This document shows, one piece after another, positions 49,798 to 61,258 of a stretch of DNA of 64,000 bases. Made by a program: the position numbers and the translations under genes. Position 1 is the stretch's first letter. Every line of letters starts with the position of its first letter. The notes under the pieces were generated by a model that was not told the origin of the DNA, did no database searches, and saw only the letters and a list, made by a program, of their open reading frames with translations. The DNA is from Takakia lepidozioides (taxonomy: Eukaryota > Plantae > Bryophyta): positions 64,914,001-64,978,000 of the forward strand of contig CM060733.1 of NCBI GenBank assembly GCA_030704615.1, written 5' to 3'.

Positions 49798-50625
49798 ATC
49801 TCAGTGTCCATTAAGCCAGCAGCTCATAGACGAGAGCTATGCTAAGGACTCTTACTGTCCTTAGAACCCATTTTGTACAGTCCTGCAAGCGCGCAAGGGC
49901 GAGACAATTAATAGTATCGATAATAATGTCCCAGTATGTGGTCCGTACTGTCTTGTGAACAAACTTTTTTTGTTCTGCAATATTGTTTCTGACATGTGAG
50001 GAGAGGATCGTCTTCATGTACGGGAAGTAGATGTGAATGTGTGCATGCATTTTCTGGCCCAGCTGCATGCTTTCCAGGAAAAAGACCAGTGGAATGGGGG
50101 GTGTCTCCAAAGCAGCAGGACCGAACGACACCTTTTTGTGCTTCCCTTGCTTTCCTTCTCACCGTTGTTGCATTCTCCCACCTGCCCAACAACAAGCACT
50201 CTCGAAGCAATACATGACATATGTTGCAACATGGTCTTCTTCACCAGCGAATGAGCTTTTTTGCTACATGTACTGCCACGTCCACATTAACGTTGATCCC
50301 TGCAAGCACTTGGCAAGACCACCCCAGAGCACAAATCCAGCAACCACCACAAACACATCTAACTGATTGTAGTGACACGGGAATAGTCACTTGTAGAGGA
50401 ATTGAACCTCCAGCCAAATGAATGGCTCTGCCCTTGTAGCACAAGTGCGATGCAAAAACAAGGTGAGTACAAAATGAGGAAGCACTTACGAGGTCCCCAT
50501 CCCTCGGATGGGCTCCCACTTGTGCTCTAGAATTGTGCAGGCCTGACTAGCACCAATTGCATGAATCCTAAGCCTGAATGTCAAATGCAGTTTATGTCGC
50601 GATGCAGCACGCCATCATCTAACCT

Positions 50626-51325
50626 GTAGTTTCCAATTTCACTGGTGTCACAACTGCCTTCAAGTCAACATCAAATTAAGTCCACCTATGCGCAAATCGC
50701 AGAATGTCTCATGACACCATCTGCTGGTTTGGCATGATATGATTGTAGTTCACAACCTTAATGAACGCTTTCAGCCTTGACCTCTTTGCGATCTTCTTCT
50801 GTGACTACTTCTTCATAATTTATGAAAGGAAAAAGCAGCTACACATCAAATTCTTGCAAGTACAGGGGGGTACTCAGGCCTCCTTGGGAGAAAGAGTGCC
50901 ATAAACACAGACACTTCCTTAAATGTAAAAATTGGAGAAGCGAACGTCTGGTGGCAATAACTGCCTAAACCAGAATTATACTCCATTCCAGCGCACATGT
51001 AAAGGGTCGGATGATAACTCGGAATCCCAGTTGGAGATAATGAGACGAATACATGACTATCTTGCGAGTTTCAACTTTCTTGGAGGTAGTTTCCAGTTTC
51101 TCTGGTGTCACAACTGCCTTCAAGCTGGGTTTAGAGGAATTAAGTCCACTCGCAAATGCAGAATGTCTCCCTCATCTGCGTGGGCAAAAGGAGGTTTGGC
51201 ATGATATGATTGTAGCTCACAACCAAAGGGCATATTCTTCAGCCTTGACGTCTTGCGATCTTCTTCTGTGACGCTTCTGCATAACTTGTGAAATGGAAAA
51301 GTAGCTACACATCAAATTATTGCGA
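50626..51325. repeat. Diverged direct duplication (about 230-bp homologous blocks about 460 bp apart)
   Basis: GTAGTTTCCARTTTCWCTGGTGTCACAACTGCCTTCAAG...TTGCGATCTTCTTCTGTGAC...AGCTACACATCAAATT near 50627 and 51087. Confidence 0.75.
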
Positions 51326-52079
51326 TGCCACTCAATGGCACTATGAACGTTTCGAGCATGCTGTCAAAAAACTAGACGGGCAAAAATCCAATTCAGCAGC
51401 CTCACCTTGCGTGGATACTTGGGAATTGATGCCAGAAGGGCATGCCCGTATGCGCGCTCCATCGTGCCTCCATCCAGCACATTCTGTAAATGATGAATGA
51501 CCAAGACCCCGATGTCACACCGTTCTGAGAAGCCACTACGCGCGCTCACAGTATACGAAGGCCTTGCGTGTCAGGATTTCCATTCCCACGTCCCGCCATG
51601 TCCGACGCAGCACTTGCATCCTTGTCTCTGCCAGGTGGAGGCAACACGTATTAAAATATCTATTCCCCCAAGGCCACATTTTGTTTACCTCTTTTTGTGA
51701 AAGCCACGTCAGCAAATGTGCTGTCGAGTCATGGGTGCAATGAATGCGCAGTGGTTCATGGAGTCGTCGAGTCGACTACATATTCACTTTAATGAATAAA
51801 TATCTTTATTCCATTAATCGAATTAGGAAAGAAAATTTGTAGTCGCATGTGTAGTAATTACAACCACTTGTAATTTTGGCTTTTTCAAATTTTATGTATT
51901 TACGCAATTCGTAAAATAGCCCGGAATTCTGCTACGACTCCGGAGTCGTTGACCCCACTTCTGTCCGCCGTCTGAAATGCCCCCGTGGGCCCACATTGTC
52001 TGTTTCGACTCTCCAGTAGTCTCGTTTACTACCAAGTGGTTCCCGGAGTGGTCGCGGACATGCAGTCGAATCGGAAAAG

Positions 52080-52097
52080 ACACGAATGCTTCTAGTG
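52080..52097 (-). mobile_element. Possible CACTA terminus (CACTAGAAG on minus strand) closing the 48-52 kb element
   Basis: TAGTG at 52093-52097 after a GC-rich block; partner terminus not visible. Confidence 0.35.
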
Positions 52098-52323
52098 ACC
52101 TAACCAAATGTCTCTACCTCGAGCCATACAACAACAATTAAGCCATTTTCATTCCCCAAACGATCACAAACAATTTCACTTTTTCAAGTAACTCTGTGTT
52201 AGGGACTACATAGTAGCTCACATGTATAAGCATTGTCTTTTGCTATGTAACATTCACTGTTGTTGCTCCATTTTATATGTGTATGCAGCCTTTGCGTGTT
52301 TGCAGCTGAGTGCCATTATTATT

Positions 52324-52842
52324 AAGTCGGTGCCGACTATGAACTATCGGTATTCAGCTCATACGAGCACACGACCTTCAGGCTGACAGAGCTATTTCCA
52401 TTGCGTATCCTGTGCCAATTTCAGAGCAACTTTTATCTATCACAGGCTCAAGTCGGTGCCGACCATCTTGTCTCGGGCCTTTGCATTCTAACTAAGTCAA
52501 TTTAAGTGGACTTCCCATTTGAATCCCAGGGGTTTATCCAATACAATAAACTACAGTTGAATATGGAGTCTGTGAAGTCGTTGCCGACTTTTAGATTTGT
52601 GACCTGCTCGATCAATGCCCAAACACCAACAAATTGTTGGAATGCGAATCACCGGAGCTTATGACTAAAGGAGCTAATGATTTCCGATTGGCATTCAAAC
52701 ACAAGGAGGACTTTCATATAAGCACTCCCCTTTCATTGCCGTTCGTCTGTTCTTAAAGTCGTTACCGACTTCAATATGACATTTGTTACCTCAAACTGAC
52801 GATGTCGATGCTTGCTGCGCTCTGTAAAGTCGGTGCCGACTT
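52324..52842. repeat. Five dispersed 16-bp palindromes AAGTCGG-TG-CCGACTT
   Basis: At 52324, 52450, 52575, 52756 and 52827. Confidence 0.85.
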
Positions 52843-53040
52843 CAATTCATTTGAGTTACCCGAGCCCAAACTATCTTTATACCTCTTAAGAAATTTGGAC
52901 CCAAACAACAACACGTAATAGAAGTAGGATTGCTATTTATTTCTGCAAATCATTGCTGACTTCAAACTACATTGCCTCTTTAGGCCACTGGTGTGTCATC
53001 AAAGACATATTGCTTTTCGGTCTGGCCTATGTACATTGTC

Positions 53041-53421
53041 TCAGATCCTATGTCGGCAAACTGGGCATGACCCGTTTCGCCGCAGCCACCTGTCAATGCA
53101 TGGAGTGTGAAAGGAATGACCGCACTCACTTAGAATGCGGACGAAGTTTCCAATTACTAGACACTCTAGGCAGATGGTGCAGGTTTCGTATAGTGCAGGA
53201 GCTGTTTCCCCCGCAAGAACTAACTTGAGGGATTGCTCTTGAATGATTTCCATGCTTGCCCCACTCCACTGCAAATCCTCCTCTTCATCAACCTCCATCT
53301 CCTTAGCTTCTTCATCAATCTCCATTTGCTCAGCTTCATCATCACCCTCTTCGTCATCTGAATCGGTAATGTCGTCCCCAGCTGAAGGAGTATTCCCATT
53401 CTCAGACTGCAGAAGCAACAT
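53041..53421 (-). CDS. RING-H2 (ATL-like) finger protein or terminal exon, preceded by an acidic tract
   Basis: CTICL...LSECGHSFHTPCIDRWL...CPVCR (C3H2C3); frame stays open upstream to a possible acceptor near 53525. Confidence 0.8.
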   Translation of the reverse strand: MLLLQSENGNTPSAGDDITDSDDEEGDDEAEQMEIDEEAKEMEVDEEEDLQWSGASMEIIQEQSLKLVLAGETAPALYETCTICLECLVIGNFVRILSECGHSFHTPCIDRWLRRNGSCPVCRHRI

Positions 53422-53699
53422 TGCTTCCTGATGTTCTTGCCTTTCAACGCACTTGGCGATATTGTTCAGAAATGGAGTCCACCATAACTCCGATGGAGGC
53501 CTGCCCTCCCCATCCCCCTCTTGCCTGCATTGGAACTAGGTGCGTCCATCTTAACTAAACAGGGAATGTCCAACAACACAGTGGATTTTCATAAAAGTGG
53601 CCGTCAACACTAAAGTCAGATTTATCCAGCAAGGTTAAGACTTGCGGGTCCAGATTCAGATCCTTGAGAATCTCTTCTACTATCTTATGTCAGGACTTA

Positions 53700-54495
53700 G
53701 CCTGTTTGACAAGGTGGTCCTGTTTCCAAGATATAGAGTAGGGTATCTGGTGTTGGACATGTGTTGCAACTGACCCCACCATCTGACCTTGAATTCATCT
53801 CGTCGGGAGCTTAAGGAAGGGATGCCAAACTCACCCCGAACAGCCACATTGGGTGTTTTGGAGCATGTTGACATGCACTCCTTAAGCACCCCCACTTGAA
53901 TGGATTCTAGAGACTTAGCCTGGTTGGAGTTATCAACCCATATAGCAGATCCATACTCCAAAGCAGGTCTAATAATGCGGCAAAGCAAGGTTTTCTTGAC
54001 CTCGGAGTTAATCCCTCTGCAGTGGAAAAATTTAGTGAGACTCAGCACTTTGCCCTTGCCAGTTTGAACAACTTTCTGGATATGTGCATCCCAGTTACAG
54101 TTGGAGGAAAACTCAACGCCCAGGTATGTGTAGGAAGAGAGGACTGGAATCTCTTGGCTACCCCACTGCCACTTAAGATCACTTCCTCCCTCTCCTCTGT
54201 CATTGAATGCCACCACTGCACATTTACTGACATTAGCCTCTAGCCCCGAAAGATCAAAGTATCTCTTCGCGCAATCAATCAATTCTTGGAGGTTGGAAGG
54301 AGTCTCCCCTATGCCTGCGAAGTCATCCGCAAACATAAGGGCTGGAATAGTGGCATCACCCACCCTTAACCCAAATCCCTCACGTTCCACATCCTCGAGG
54401 AGTTGATCGATGAAAACATTGAAGAGCAGAGGGGAAAGGGTACATCCTTGAGCTACACCTTGGTCTATATCAAAGAAGTTAGACTTCTCTCCATT
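53700..54495 (-). mobile_element. Non-LTR (LINE) reverse transcriptase fragment, truncated at both ends
   Basis: GVAQGCTLSPLLFNVFID, MFADD, ANVSKC, YTYLGV, IRPALEYG. Confidence 0.9.
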
Positions 54496-55362
54496 TTTCC
54501 TCCAATCAAAATATTAGCAGCACTAAAGTATGCAGCAATTTTTGTTGCTAACAGATCAGACTTCCTCCATAGTAACATTTCTCTTGCATTTTTTGGAGTC
54601 ATGTGTTGTTCCAACCAACTTCTTCCTGGTGAAATGCCTATATGCCGATTTCTTCACACCAGTCTCATTGTCGTCACGTCGAGTATCATCAGAAGATCAG
54701 ATGAAATTCTCCAAATCAACAGACAGCAGACGCCCTTTCTCCAAAAGTCTTGTTTTTGTCAACGGCTATTTTACAAGTGACATCAGACAACCAGATCCTC
54801 CAGATAATATTCTGGTCACAAGAACCCCAACATCGTCCTCTCCAAGCTTGTCATTGAGAATTACTTCGTCCGGTGTGCAAGCTTGAATTCGACCTTCGAA
54901 CAGGGTGCTACCATCATCACTAAGGAGCAAACTCTGCATGTTTCTCCAGCTGTTCCTCCCCAATCCTTCACCGGAATCATCCAAAGTTTCTCTGTTCCCA
55001 GGAAAATCAGTGTCATGGAGGAAATCTTCACTGCTACAATATTCCTGCGTGACAGACGGAGTACCCCTATCCAGGCTACACTCTCCAACGCTATCTTTTT
55101 GTTGGTGAATATTTGATACATCCCAAACAACTGGTGTCCCAATGGCCTCATTCAAGGTTTCAGCATCCATATGTGGATAAGGCAGACGATTGGATCTGAC
55201 TGCGTCGTCACAAGAGGTTAAGATCACGGAGATGGTAGAGGACGTCAATTTGTGTCCATGGCAAGTTCCCACTCCGGAGATATTGAGGCAATCTCCTGAG
55301 GCAACAACGCATGTAGATCGTGGAAGCGACATGAACACTTTTTGACCAATCTGGAACCCCAT
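54496..55362 (-). pseudogene. TE gene with two Tnp1/En-Spm-like beta-barrel repeats followed by a CCxxxCC cluster
   Basis: VVASG..CHGHKL..ISVIL..LPYP..LNEAIGTPVVW; second repeat FEGRI..KLGEDDVGVLV..VK*P; the frame continues through stops to NCCIL*CC*YF at the LINE junction. Confidence 0.55.
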
Positions 55363-55979
55363 GATGAAAGAACCTCCACTGACTAGTGGAGGTTACACAA
55401 TTTGGAATGGGAGAAAGAAATATTCAGACACAACTATGGCGAAATCGAACACAAGAAATAATTCAGACTACTGATATGATTATGGAAGACGGTGGGGTAG
55501 CAAATCTTTGACCTCCACTGAACAGTGGAGGTTGGATGAAGAATGGATGATTTCCGGATGAAAAAGAAGCAAATGGATGAGTAAAAGTGGATGAAAGCAC
55601 CTATTGTGGATGGATAATAGTGATTTTGGATGAATGGGTGACAGTGTCTCAACTGGCCAGTGGAGGTCTTCCAGAGGAAAGATAATGAGACAGACACTCA
55701 GAGCATGTGTTGTAAATAGAGAATGAAAGAAATATGAAAAGAAATATAATTTGTAAGAAAATAAAATATCAGCATATCCCACATGGGTACGAACAAACAA
55801 GTACTTAAGAGACACTCTGGAAAAACACGGTGAGGTGCATTGAGGGCAGCAACCCCTGGGCGATCGGGAGAGAGGTCTGTTAGAGTCAGAGCGGAAGAAG
55901 AAGATGCAAATGAGAGGCCTGTGGAGAGAAATGGGTATGGTGTGCAGCCGGACCTTATATACTGATGTTTGTTTACTAA

Positions 55980-56439
55980 TGTGTCCAATGGGAAGCTTGG
56001 TTTCATTGTCTCCAGGATCGATGATGGCCACCGTTGATAAGCGAGAGTCTGTGAATCTAATGGTTCTTGCGGATTCGTGCAAAAGTTGTCGTCAATTGAG
56101 TGCACCCTATCTCCCAATGATGACGGCAGAAGAATAACCGCCAAAATCTGCATGAATGTTCGCATACTTGTCAAAGTTAAAAGATAGCTGAATAGACATA
56201 CAGCTGGATGAATGTTTGGTACCGTTGATATGCGCAGCATAAAAGCCGTGCGGCTCTGACTTGCAGCAGACATTGCTGTCACCGTGAAAGATGCTGATAT
56301 TGTAAAACAGGCAAGGTGGAGTATTTATGGAAGGCGGTCCACTGCCATAACGAAAGATAGATTTTGCCTTCGGATCAATCATTAACATTCCCATTTTTTT
56401 TTGAAATTTTGGTATACGTGCTTGTGTATTAGATGACAT
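55980..56439 (-). pseudogene. Possible TET/JBP-like 2OG-Fe(II) dioxygenase relic
   Basis: One frame: HINGT..SIQLSFNF..NIHADFG..IIGR*GALN*RQLLHES..DSRLSTVAI (HxD...H...RxS); two stops and short HxD-to-H spacing. Confidence 0.4.
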
Positions 56440-57524
56440 GGGTGGATCGAGGACGCTTCTCCTGGATCAAGGTTTGGTAGCATTTATCACCGCCACATTA
56501 ATTAAAACGGGCATGATATTGAAATGCCGTTAAGGTGGACGTGATGGCTGAAGAGTTTGGAAAGTGCTGAGACAGAGTTATCATCCTATGCAGAGTTGCA
56601 GCAAAAAACCTTTCATCCCTTCTCATTAATGTCAATATTTCATTCGTCTGACCATTCGTTTTTATTCATTCGTCTGTTCATTTGTCATTTCATTAGTCTG
56701 TTCATATCTCATCATCAGATAGCTCATGTATGCATGGACAGATTTTAAAACGGATGAATTCCATGACTGGATGATTGGATGGATGTGCCACAACATCCAT
56801 TTTAAGCACCATCCGCCGTGGTGGCCGTTCGATTTCAATCGACGCGAACGGTTCAGATTTTCGAGAAAACGGCATATAAGCCGACCCCGCGTTCATTGCA
56901 CTCTTTCACTCATGTTTGGTGTACGCGGAAGCCCTGCCAAAATCCTTGCAGAGAGCAGGGAGCGTGAAAGGAGAGACCTTTGAGCAGAGCGTGGACAGTG
57001 GAGATTAGTGAGAGCAGGTGAGCGAAGCAAAGAGCAGACAGACAGCAGACAGACAGCGGAGAGTGGAGAAACTGCAGCGGGGAGCATAGAAACAACTGAA
57101 AGCGGATAGCAGAGGCAGTGGAGGCAGCGGAGAGCAGGAGGGGCGGAGCACCTCACCGAAATGGCTGAAAGCAGCAGGTAAAAGTGATACAAAACTGATC
57201 CTTTTTCCAGTTTTTTTGTCATGGATTTGGACTCTTGCATGCCCAAAACCCCTTTGTCAATTAGATTTGTTTTCTGTGGCTTTTTGGAGAGGAGAGGATA
57301 GGATGAGGACTGTGGGTTTTTGTCAAACAAGGGACGAACCACCCTGCACTAGCTGCGTTAGCAGCAGAAAATCTCCATGCCGGGACCCTGTTTCTAATCT
57401 GATAGAGCACAACCGCTCTGTGCTTCCATATAAATGCAATCCCAAATCCTACCAATTTGGTGAAGTATTCCACGGACCCTTTCTGGTTTTTTGTGCTCTG
57501 TCTTGAAGAGAACAGCTGCAATTT

Positions 57525-57900
57525 CGCATGTTTGCTTCATTACCTGTTTGTATGTTTGTTTTCCTGTTTCCTGATTGTTGTTTGCATGTTTGCTTTCCTA
57601 TTTCATGTTTGCAGGTCTGCTTTTCTATGTGCTGTCATGTTTGCTCTTTCTTGTTACCCGTCTGTTTGTTTGCTTGGCTGTTGGTTTGGTCTGCTGTTTG
57701 CTTGCTTGCTTTCCTGCTTGTATGTTTGCCGGCTTGTTTGATTTGTTTTTGTCAGTTAGTGGTGTTGTGTTTGTGCTGGTCGTCTCGTTTGCTGGTGGTT
57801 TCGCTTTGCAGGTTTTGTTTGTGTTGAGGGTTTGGTTTTCTCTGCTGTTGGTTTTGTTTTTTCTGGTTTTCGGGTTTTTGGTTTTTTGGTGGGTTGCAGA
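57525..57900. repeat. T/G-rich low-complexity tract
   Basis: TTTG/GTTT/CTTG runs. Confidence 0.85.
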
Positions 57901-58348
57901 TGACGGATTAGGATTTCAGCAAGCTTTTGTACTCCTCATTTTAATGGTCATCCAGTTTTGCCAAATATTCACCGCTTTTTTCCGCAACCCAAATCCACCG
58001 TAGCCTACTCGTAGGTCATCGTAGACCTTTTCAATGACAGTATTCGTAGAGCCACATAAACTTCATTAGAAGCAGAAAGTGGAACCTCCACTGTCCAATG
58101 GAAGTTCCACTGAATGTGTGCGGCCACAGGCAGGAAAAGGGCATGCCATGACCCCATGAAAAACATTGAGAATATCCGACCTCATTGTTGTACTAGGAGT
58201 TGTGATGTTTCGTAGTTTATAACCAAATTGGGTAACGAAAGTTAATGACGAATGGGATAGCCGGTTTACGAACCTCCACTTATAAAGCGAGGTTCAACCC
58301 TTCCTTATAGCACGTCGTTTCCTCCTGTGATTTCCATGTGATGTCAGT

Positions 58349-58954
58349 ATGAAACCACGGAGCATGGGTGGGGAACCGGTCGCGCAAGCTCGGGACATTC
58401 TTGGACGGGGGCACTGTAAAAGGTGCAGGAGTCGTAGTCCTCTAGGAATCCAAGAATTATGTCACAACTCCGGCCGGGTGAAAAATCTGTACAATCCGCA
58501 GGGCTCAAACAAGATAGTTGTACATGAAAATCTGGATATCAGCGGTTGCGGGTCTACCCAGATCGCCAGAGTGACATCTCCTGGGTCATCAGGATATGTG
58601 GCATCATCTCCAGACTCCCCTGTACACGCCTCGTGCTCTCCTGGCTATTTGCCTGTGTCGCCAGAATACTACCCTAGATCTCTGACCTCTTGCCCTGTAG
58701 AATACACCCCTGCAGACTCTCCCCCTGAGACGGGTAGGACAATTCGAGAGACTCTTCATGAACCCTACCCTGAATATAACTATGACACTGGCTCTCATGC
58801 CTACTCCACCGGTTCAGTAGAATACGTTCCAGGGTCTACGAGCTATACCCCTCCAGATTACTCCCCTGAGACTCATAGGACGATTACTGAGACCCTCCTT
58901 CGTTACAAGCATGAAACAATGACCAATATTGAATTTGTACAAAAGGTAGAGTAG
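58349..58954 (+). CDS. Y/S/P-rich ORF with degenerate Pol II CTD-like repeats
   Basis: YLPVSPE-YYPRS, VEYTPADSPPET..RTIRETL duplicated as SYTPPDYSPET..RTITETL; TATAAA at ~58281. Confidence 0.4.
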   Translation: MKPRSMGGEPVAQARDILGRGHCKRCRSRSPLGIQELCHNSGRVKNLYNPQGSNKIVVHENLDISGCGSTQIARVTSPGSSGYVASSPDSPVHASCSPGYLPVSPEYYPRSLTSCPVEYTPADSPPETGRTIRETLHEPYPEYNYDTGSHAYSTGSVEYVPGSTSYTPPDYSPETHRTITETLLRYKHETMTNIEFVQKVE

Positions 58955-59442
58955 GCTGCGAAACTGGATTGCAAAATAGGTTACCGAATTTTTGCGGAAG
59001 GAAGAGTAGGCTACGAAATATGATAGCGATGATGATTCTTGATATTCCTTGTAGGATTTTACGTTTTCCTGCCGGATGATGTATTGATTGGCGAAACAAG
59101 CCTCTTTTTATAAAAATATTTTCGAACTTTACTGTTTGTCCTTGTCATTGAGTTTTTTTCAAAGTTATTGGAGTTTTCCAGAATGAAAATGTTTCCCAAC
59201 TTTATTGCTTACAATTACTATTGACTTTCTTGAATTTTTGATAGACTTTCTAGTTATTCAGATATCCAGATTAACTTCCTTTTCTTTTTTTGAGGTCGAA
59301 TTCTCCGAACTTCCACTGTACAGTGGAGGTTACGTAAATCGGTCTGTGGAGTCTGAACATGGATTACACAATTTCATATCTCTGACACAAATGTTTTTGT
59401 TTTTTGATCAGAGTTGCCACTCCAAAGGACTGCCTTGTTGGA

Positions 59443-61258
59443 ATGTGCAAAGAGATATGTGGACATTTCATATGTCGTCAGTCGCCAAATTTCAGAACAC
59501 AACACCTCGCAATTTTTGAGCTCAACCCAAAAGTGACAGAGTGGGGAATCGTCCCCGAGCACAAACTGACCTTCCAATTTAAGATTGGGGCTGAAGTGAA
59601 AGAGCTGAAATATGCAATAGTTCTTGATATAGAGCTGAAGTTGGATGCCGAGGATCCAATGTTGGTTGTATTCATTATGGAGGACGGGAGATTCTCTAAA
59701 TCGTTTGGATTTAAAGTACAGGTATGGCGACTCCGAAAGTCCATGATGAGAGAGTCCATTGCAATGGGATTCACGTTTCCCGGTGAGGGCGCTGTCTTTA
59801 CCGATGAAGGATTGGCCATGTCATGGAATATCTTTATGGATATTTTATTCATAAAGGGTAAGGACAATTTGAAAGAGCAAGCTGAGCTCGTTGCCTCTGG
59901 ATTGAGGCCAAAGAAGGGAAAAAGAAAATCCACGGCTGGAGCATCTACGGATGAAAACGAGGCTGGAACTTCATCGGGGAAAAAGAAACAGAAGGAAGAT
60001 ATTGATCCTGCTTTCATGACAGATAATAAGAGACCGAAGGCGGCTGATATTTTTGACAAAGATAAATGCAACAAAATGCAAGACAGCCTCCAGAAATTTT
60101 ATGGTGACATGTTTCCTTTTGGCTTTGAACAGATTTTTGAGGTCAAGGTTAACATGATGGAGCTTGCGCCCAGGTCAATGGTGTACCGGCCGCTGAATAT
60201 TAAGCACAAAGACGAAGTGAAAGCTCGCCTCTATCAGCTTCGGGTATTCGACTCCAAACATCCTATTTATTTGGCGCCAAAAATCCCAAACAAGGAGAAT
60301 GAGGTTTCCGCCTCCAAACCTCGGAATTGGACAGAGATCGACAACGGCAAGTTTTTCGTCATCGGTGGACAACACACCATCGTGGCTGCACAGGTTATTT
60401 AATGGCCAGCTCTCAACTCTGTATGCAAGTGAACCTCCACTGACCAGTGGAGGTTAGGTTATCCATGACTATGAATCGATGTCTTTCTTATATGATGTAT
60501 CAGGAACTTGTCGAAGAGCTGGACGATGAAGAACTGAAGAAATACTACCGAGAGTGGCCTGCAAAGATTGTTTGGTCTACCGATGGACTTAGGCTTGTCA
60601 AAATCTCCAAACTCCTCAACGATCCCAACAAAGCGCAAAAATTTGACATCACCTTCCCGGAGAAAGTTGCACACTCGAGATTGTTTTATGAGGAGCGAGG
60701 GAGGCCAAAGAAATACAACGACCACACCACAAAGTCGGAAACCAAACAATGGAAGGTAAATTTATTTTTGTTCATTTACAATGCAATTCCATTGCTTCCA
60801 TGTTTTCAATTTTTTGTAAAATGTCAGATCACACATCTAATTTTTGCCGTTTACATACCCGCAGGAATTTATGCTAGCATGTCAACTGATTCTAGAAATG
60901 ACCAGCATTAAGGAGGCCATGGTCTGGTCCTCTGTGACGAAGACGTATGGAAGATCTGGGAATTAGAGGTTTTTAGTCAATGGGAGCAAGGAAAACTTAT
61001 TGACAATTTTGGGATTCAGTTCAAGAAACTGCAATTGCGAAACTGCAAGGACTTAACAACAGGCAGTTGAGAAAGGTAGCTCAGAAAATCTTGGATTGGG
61101 ATTTGAGTGTCCGGGGTCCCTACAAGGGTGAAGACAAATCGAAGACCTGCATGAACGATTATATTGACCAGATGAAAATTTGCAGATTCTCCTTCAACAG
61201 GTTTGAACCCATCCTCCACATTATGAAGTTCAAATGTGACCAGACCCGTAGAGCTTGA
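59443..61258 (+). pseudogene. Second, divergent ParB/Srx-like spliced gene, 3'-truncated and frameshifted
   Basis: FEVKVNMMELAPRSMVYRPLNIKHKDEVKARL..PIYL..FFVIGGQHTIVAAQ; GT-AG introns 60394-60503 and 60756-60864; later DEDVWKIWE..WEQGKL in a shifted frame. Confidence 0.65.

Larger units (their letters stand above)
55371..60455. repeat. Seven dispersed 24-bp palindromes AACCTCCACT-N4-AGTGGAGGTT
   Basis: 55371, 55510, ~55645 (degenerate), 58083, 58271 (degenerate), 59308 and 60432. Confidence 0.85.

Noticed and set aside
52324-52842. Resemblance of AGTCGGTGC to the Cas9 tracrRNA/sgRNA 3' hairpin
   Set aside because: Only about 9 nt match and the rest of the scaffold is absent; coincidental.
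57457-58003. Hydrophobic membrane-protein-like ORFs
   Set aside because: Produced by a T/G low-complexity tract.
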